A DNA stretch of 46,889 nucleotides, from positions 1-46,889 of the forward strand of contig JANMAD010000486.1 in NCBI GenBank assembly GCA_031359515.1, in the 5' to 3' direction. Made by a program: the position numbers and the translations under genes. Positions 42,127-46,889 of the stretch are shown piece by piece. The notes beneath the pieces were generated by a model that worked only from the letters and a program-made list of their open reading frames with translations, ran no database searches and had not been told where the DNA came from. The stretch's first letter is position 1. The number at the start of each line of letters is the position of its first letter. This DNA comes from Acidobacteriota bacterium. Lineage in GTDB: Bacteria; Acidobacteriota; Blastocatellia; Pyrinomonadales; Pyrinomonadaceae.

Positions 42127-44637
42127 CTATCTGACATCCAGCGCCCGGCTGACCTCCTCCAACTCGACGCCATCGGGCGAAATGAACTTAACAATGTCCA
42201 CCTTGCGTGCGCCCGTGCTGAGCTTCGGCGGCGTTCCGCCCGCCCAGCGGACGTTCGACCAGATGATCGTCCGGCCGCCGCTTGTGTCCTGCGCCACGCG
42301 CAGAATGTACTCGCCACCCGCCGCCAGATGTATGAACGCGAGCCTCGTCACGTTGCCCGTCAGCGTGATGGTGTGAACGTTGCCCTGCGCGAAGTCGAGC
42401 GTGAGCGCGCTGGCAAATGTGTCGGTCCTAAGCGGTGAAAAGATCGTGCCGCCGACCGTCAACCCGCCCACTTCCAGATTCCCGCGCCCGCCCGCGCCAT
42501 CTGTTATTTTGAGCGTGTTGACCGCCGAGCGGGTCAGCCCCGTGTCGAAGCTTCCGCCAATGTAGGCAATCCCATTCGGCAGCCAGAGCTTGTGGCCGCC
42601 CTGCGCTGCCGGCGAACCGGAGAAAGCGAAGATGGAGTTGCCTTGATCGGTGGCGTAGTTCGTGCCGATGCTGCCGCCGTGATAGAAGTTGTACCAGCCC
42701 GGCGCTAGTTGGTTGTAGCCAAACTGGAAGGGATAGCGATCAAGGCGCGTATTTGTCCCGCCCCCGGCCGTGTTGCCTATATCTTCCGCCGCGCCTAAAC
42801 CAAGCAGCGTGTTCGGCTGTAGTTGTGAACCGCCGATGCCGATGCCGAAAGGCTTAGTTGTGCCGCCGCCCATGGCGTTGATCTGCGCGCTGTCTAAGCG
42901 TGTCCATCCGTTGCTGTGATCCATCGCCCCGCCCGCAGCTAAGGTGACGCCTGATCCATGTACGCCGCCCTGCACCATCGAATAAGCGTTCGCAAGGGCC
43001 GAAGGCTCGCCGCTCTCCTCGTAGGCATTGATCCAAGAGGAAAGATTGACCGTGCCCTGAATGGAGTAAAACCCACCCCAAAAGTTGCCGCTCGCATGGT
43101 TGTTCAGATAGTGATTGCCTAAGAAACTAAACTCGGCGAAGCCACTGCCGTAGTTGTTGCTCGCGTCGTTACTTTCAAAGGCAATTTGATTGGCGTCGTT
43201 GCCGCGTGCATACGTGCCGTTGCCAGCGCAATTCTGAAACACGCTCCGGCCCACACGCGAGACGTTCATATTTGCACCCGCAAAGCCAAACGACGAGTCG
43301 AGGTTCAAGCAATTGCCCGCGAAGTTATCCACCGTGACATTGGAGACTTCTATCTGCACGCGGCTGTCGAGGCCGTGGAATAGGTTTGGCCGGACAGCAA
43401 TTGCGCTCGCCGCTGTGCCGCCGCTAATAGCAGTGTCTGCCATGTAACAGTCAGTCGCGCTGAAAGCCCCACAGATGAAGCTGGACGTGTTGTCTGTCAG
43501 GCCGCGCACGTTGCTCGCGAGCGTAATGCGCCCGTAGGCATTTGAGCCGTTTTGGATGCGGTTATTTACCGCGCTGATAGTGTAGTTTGTGCCACCGATA
43601 TTAACCGTGTTGCCCACGAACCATGACGACAGATGACTATTCCCCGACCCGATAACATTGTAGAGGTATGGCGATCCGTTCTTGGCGATCAGCAGCACCC
43701 GCGGGGCCTGCAAGACAACATGATCGGTGTCGGTGAACGTATCGATCATCCAATGGTAAGCGTCTGTATCCGAGTTATTGACTGTGATCGTGTTGCCGCC
43801 ATGATAACCGCCTGCGTCGCTAAAGGCCGGGCCGGTGACGCGCGTTAGAATTAACCCTGCAATCATCGCCGTGTGTGTGGTTGCGCCCTGCGCGCCAGTA
43901 ATGCGTAAGTTTTTGATCGTGCTGCGATCTGACAGCCGGCCGGCATTCACCCCGGTTTTAGTGGCAAACCTATGAAAGACCACGCCGGCCGTATTTGGCG
44001 CAAAGCGGAGTTGCGGCCGCATGTAGCCAGTGCCGCTACCTAAGCCCTCTAACAACATCGTCGCGTCAATGTTCCACGTCCCGCTCAAGTAATGCGACTT
44101 GGCGATCACGACGTGCGCCGGCAGGGGCGTCTGAATGGCGGCGGTCAGCTTGTCGAAGGCTGGCAGATCGTCCGTGCCGGTCGTGCCATTCCAGTTACCG
44201 ACCGCGCCGAACCATTCAGGGAATAGCTGATCGGGTAGATTGCCGGTAAACGCCGGTTGCCCCGCACCGCAAAAGATTTGATAACGGCCGGCATCAATGT
44301 CGCCGGTCTGGATCGTGTAATTGCCAGGCGCGTTCAAACAGCCGCCGCGTTCTATCTTTAGCCTGATCGTCGCCGGTATAACCTGCCCCGGCGCTACCGC
44401 CTGAGAGTTTGAAATAACAAGCGTTTTGTTAGATGTTGCCGTAATTGCCGCCGCGAAACTGGCGTAACTGGCGGCGTTCGTCTCGGTCACGCGCTGCTCG
44501 TTACTCCCTGCTACTGTCTGGCCGGTCAACGCCGCGGGCGACGCGCTGCCGCCTTGCGCCTTGATTGAAGCGGCGAGGGTGATGGACAGCAGCGAGAGGG
44601 CGGCGGCGCGGATAAGACTCCGGGTAGGATTTATCAT
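42127..44637 (-). CDS. Secreted large beta-helix protein with pectate-lyase-3 / tailspike-like N-terminal domain (candidate polysaccharide depolymerase or modifier)
   Basis: The ATG at 44637 gives the signal-like peptide MINPTRSLIRAAALSLLSITLAASIKAQG. FPEWFGAVGNWNGTTGTDDLPAFDKLTAAI matches the F-GA-GDG-TDD-AF pattern of Pectate_lyase_3 domains. The protein is Gly/Asn/Thr/Ser-rich and repetitive. The longer ORF to 44721 overlaps the AsnB gene. Confidence 0.6.
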   Translation of the reverse strand: MINPTRSLIRAAALSLLSITLAASIKAQGGSASPAALTGQTVAGSNEQRVTETNAASYASFAAAITATSNKTLVISNSQAVAPGQVIPATIRLKIERGGCLNAPGNYTIQTGDIDAGRYQIFCGAGQPAFTGNLPDQLFPEWFGAVGNWNGTTGTDDLPAFDKLTAAIQTPLPAHVVIAKSHYLSGTWNIDATMLLEGLGSGTGYMRPQLRFAPNTAGVVFHRFATKTGVNAGRLSDRSTIKNLRITGAQGATTHTAMIAGLILTRVTGPAFSDAGGYHGGNTITVNNSDTDAYHWMIDTFTDTDHVVLQAPRVLLIAKNGSPYLYNVIGSGNSHLSSWFVGNTVNIGGTNYTISAVNNRIQNGSNAYGRITLASNVRGLTDNTSSFICGAFSATDCYMADTAISGGTAASAIAVRPNLFHGLDSRVQIEVSNVTVDNFAGNCLNLDSSFGFAGANMNVSRVGRSVFQNCAGNGTYARGNDANQIAFESNDASNNYGSGFAEFSFLGNHYLNNHASGNFWGGFYSIQGTVNLSSWINAYEESGEPSALANAYSMVQGGVHGSGVTLAAGGAMDHSNGWTRLDSAQINAMGGGTTKPFGIGIGGSQLQPNTLLGLGAAEDIGNTAGGGTNTRLDRYPFQFGYNQLAPGWYNFYHGGSIGTNYATDQGNSIFAFSGSPAAQGGHKLWLPNGIAYIGGSFDTGLTRSAVNTLKITDGAGGRGNLEVGGLTVGGTIFSPLRTDTFASALTLDFAQGNVHTITLTGNVTRLAFIHLAAGGEYILRVAQDTSGGRTIIWSNVRWAGGTPPKLSTGARKVDIVKFISPDGVELEEVSRALDVR

Positions 44638-44672
44638 GGATAGGTGCGGCGGCAGGTTATGTTGCCACGCGG

Positions 44673-46556
44673 CTAATCGATGAACCGCTGAAACCAAAGC
44701 TCCAGCATCAGCAGCGTCCATAGTTGGTGCGCGTGATCCTTCTGCCGCGCCGTGTGCTCGTCTACGAGGCGCGCGACGGCGACGGGCTTAAACAGGCCGC
44801 GCTTGAGGCTGCGCTCCGACAACAGCGTCTCGCGCAAGAAGCCTTGCAACTCGCCGCGCAGCCAGTGTGTGATCGGCACGCCAAAACCCATCTTGCGCCG
44901 GTCGATATTCTCGGCGGGCAACAGTTTCCGCAGCACGCGCTTCAACAGGTACTTCGTCGTCAAGCCGCGCAGCTTGTAACGCTCCGGCAAGCTCGCGGCA
45001 AACTCGATGACGTGGTGATCGAGAAACGGCGAACGCGCTTCGAGCGAGACGGCCATCGTGGCGATGTCCACCTTGACGAGCAGATCGTTCGGCAGGTACG
45101 TCATCGTGTCCGTCAAGAGCGCGGCGTCCACCACGCCCGCGCCGTTGACGCTGGCGAACCACGGCGCGAGTTGATCGACCGACTCATGCCCGTTCAACTG
45201 CCGGCGGAAGTTGTCCGTGTACAACTCGTCCTTCGCGCCGCGATCCAGCACGCTCACCCAGCGCGCGTAGCGCTCAACCGTCGGCAGCGAGGCGGCCTTG
45301 ATGAAACGCTGCAAATCGCGCACGCGACTACGGCGCAACTCGGAACTCGGCAACAGGCTAATCGCCTGCTCGATCACACCTGCGCGCAACGCGCCGGGCA
45401 GACGGCGATAGCGTTCCGCCATCCGCATCGCCGCGTAGCGCTCATAACCCGCGAAGCATTCGTCGCCGCCGTCGCCGTTCAAAGCGACGGTGACGTGCCG
45501 GCGCGTCTCGCGGGCCACGTAGTAGGTCGGGATCGCGGACGAGTCGGCGTAAGGCTCGCCGTAGTGCTCGACGAGCGTCGGGAGAATTGCGAGCGCGTCG
45601 GGGCGGACGATGAACTCGTGATGCTCCGCGCCGACGTGCTCGGCGACGCGCCGCGCGTGGTGCAGTTCGCTAAAATCTTGCTCCTCGAAACCGATGGCGA
45701 AGGTCTTGACCGGCGTGCTGCTCACCTCGCTCATCAGCGCGACGACCGTGCTTGAATCAATCCCACCGGAGAGGAACGCGCCGAGCGGCACTTCCGACAT
45801 CAGCCGCACACGCACGGCATCGCGCAACAACTCGACCACGCGCTCGCCCGCTTCTTCTTCGCTCAGCTTCACCTTCTTAGTGAAGTCGGGTTGCCAGTAG
45901 CGTTCGAGCTTGATCTCGCCCGTGCGCGTGAAGCGCAGAGAATGGCCCGGCTCAAGTTTTTTGATCTGCCGGTAAGCGGTCAACGGCGCGGGCACGCACA
46001 TGAACGAAAGATAATGGTGGATCGCTTCGGGCAGCACTTCGCGTCCGATGTCCGGGTGCAGCAGGAGCGCGCTGAACTCCGAGCCGAAGATAAGCTGATC
46101 GCCGACATGCGCGTAGAGCAGCGGCTTTTTGCCGACGCGGTCGCGGGCGAGAAACAGCTCCTCTTTGCGCTCGTCCCAGATGGCGAAGGCGAACATGCCG
46201 CGTAAGTGTTTCGGGCAGTCCGCGCCGTATTGCTCGTAGGCGTGGACAATCGCTTCGGTGTCGCTGTCGGTGTAGAACTCGTGGCCGAGTTTTTCGAGTC
46301 GCTCGCGCAGTTCTTTGTAGTTATAGATTTCGCCGTTGAAAACGATCCACGCCGAGCGATCCTCGTTGTGCATGGGCTGTTGCCCGCCGGCCAGATCGAT
46401 GATGGCGAGACGACGCATAGCGAGGCCCGCGCGGCCGTTGAGATAGTGTCCCTCTTCATCAGGGCCGCGATGGCGGATCGCGTCGCACATGCGCTGCAAC
46501 AGGTCTGCGTCCACCGCGCGGTCGCGCCCGCGCACCATGCCTACGATGCCACACAT
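44673..46556 (-). CDS. AsnB-family glutamine-dependent amidotransferase, paralog 4
   Basis: 627 aa. MCGIVGM, RGPDE, GEIYN, and PP-loop LSGGIDSSTVVALM. Closest by eye to paralog 3. Confidence 0.85.
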   Translation of the reverse strand: MCGIVGMVRGRDRAVDADLLQRMCDAIRHRGPDEEGHYLNGRAGLAMRRLAIIDLAGGQQPMHNEDRSAWIVFNGEIYNYKELRERLEKLGHEFYTDSDTEAIVHAYEQYGADCPKHLRGMFAFAIWDERKEELFLARDRVGKKPLLYAHVGDQLIFGSEFSALLLHPDIGREVLPEAIHHYLSFMCVPAPLTAYRQIKKLEPGHSLRFTRTGEIKLERYWQPDFTKKVKLSEEEAGERVVELLRDAVRVRLMSEVPLGAFLSGGIDSSTVVALMSEVSSTPVKTFAIGFEEQDFSELHHARRVAEHVGAEHHEFIVRPDALAILPTLVEHYGEPYADSSAIPTYYVARETRRHVTVALNGDGGDECFAGYERYAAMRMAERYRRLPGALRAGVIEQAISLLPSSELRRSRVRDLQRFIKAASLPTVERYARWVSVLDRGAKDELYTDNFRRQLNGHESVDQLAPWFASVNGAGVVDAALLTDTMTYLPNDLLVKVDIATMAVSLEARSPFLDHHVIEFAASLPERYKLRGLTTKYLLKRVLRKLLPAENIDRRKMGFGVPITHWLRGELQGFLRETLLSERSLKRGLFKPVAVARLVDEHTARQKDHAHQLWTLLMLELWFQRFID

Positions 46557-46559
46557 AAT

Positions 46560-46889
46560 TTAAACGTTCTGCGGCGCACGCTCCACTGCGCTCACCGCCA
46601 CCTGCGGCCGGGCCGCGAGTTGCTGTGCCCGGCGCGCCTCCCGCCGCTCCTGCAACAACGCATAGCCCACCGCCACGAACATGAAATAGAAGATCAACAA
46701 CTGCGCCCGCTGCCGGTACGCCGTGCCTACGTTGCCCTGAAACACCGAATAAGCCAACGTCAACATCACCGTGAACAACAGGATCGGCAGCGCCTGCCGC
46801 AGCCGGTACTTAAGGGTGAACCACAGCCCCAGCACGAGCAACGGAAAGCAACTCCACCACACCAGCATCTCCGGCAGCGTGATGGCCTG
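46560..46889 (-). CDS. C-terminal fragment of an integral membrane protein (gene continues beyond the window edge)
   Basis: The frame is open to position 46889 with no stop upstream of the listed Met. Hydrophobic helices (CFPLLVLGLWF, ILLFTVMLTLAY, LLIFYFMFVAVGYALL). TAA stop lies 3 nt before the AsnB paralog 4 start. Confidence 0.5.
   Translation of the reverse strand, partial: QAITLPEMLVWWSCFPLLVLGLWFTLKYRLRQALPILLFTVMLTLAYSVFQGNVGTAYRQRAQLLIFYFMFVAVGYALLQERREARRAQQLAARPQVAVSAVERAPQNV

Overview
High-GC (about 60% by eye) bacterial window that is almost entirely one minus-strand polysaccharide (EPS, capsule or O-antigen type) biosynthesis super-locus. Only one supported gene lies on the + strand. 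I call 35 CDS. They include a Wzx-like flippase, two Wzy_C/O-antigen-ligase-family proteins and a WecA/MraY-type initiating transferase with an unusual C-terminal fusion. There are seven glycosyltransferases (4 GT4, 3 GT2), five class I SAM methyltransferases and four diverged but apparently intact AsnB-type glutamine amidotransferases. Further genes are an AlgD-like GDP-mannose 6-dehydrogenase, an RmlA-like nucleotidyltransferase, an SDR epimerase/dehydratase, two acyl/acetyltransferases and a CE4 deacetylase. Also present are a heparinase II/III-like protein, two beta-helix proteins and a FadD-like acyl-CoA ligase. The main operon is headed by a 404-aa ECF-like sigma protein with a long internal insertion. 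It sits 885 nt from, and divergent to, a 107-aa soluble zinc anti-sigma-like protein carrying a full C...H-x3-C-x2-C ligand set. I consider this pair the best candidate for an undescribed regulatory module. Several gene junctions carry hairpin-forming inverted repeats whose arms are short tandem units (7-mers AGCTGTT, CAGAGGT and NNNNGAA, plus one 10-mer type). I saw no rRNA, tRNA, CRISPR array, transposase or integrase. No OPX/PCP export genes and no exosortase lie in the window. All functional calls rest on motifs read by eye and recalled family knowledge; no searches were run. Start codons are often uncertain because the ORF track gives longest ORFs, including GTG/TTG starts. The source organism cannot be determined from the sequence alone; an Acidobacteriota-like soil bacterium is only a guess.
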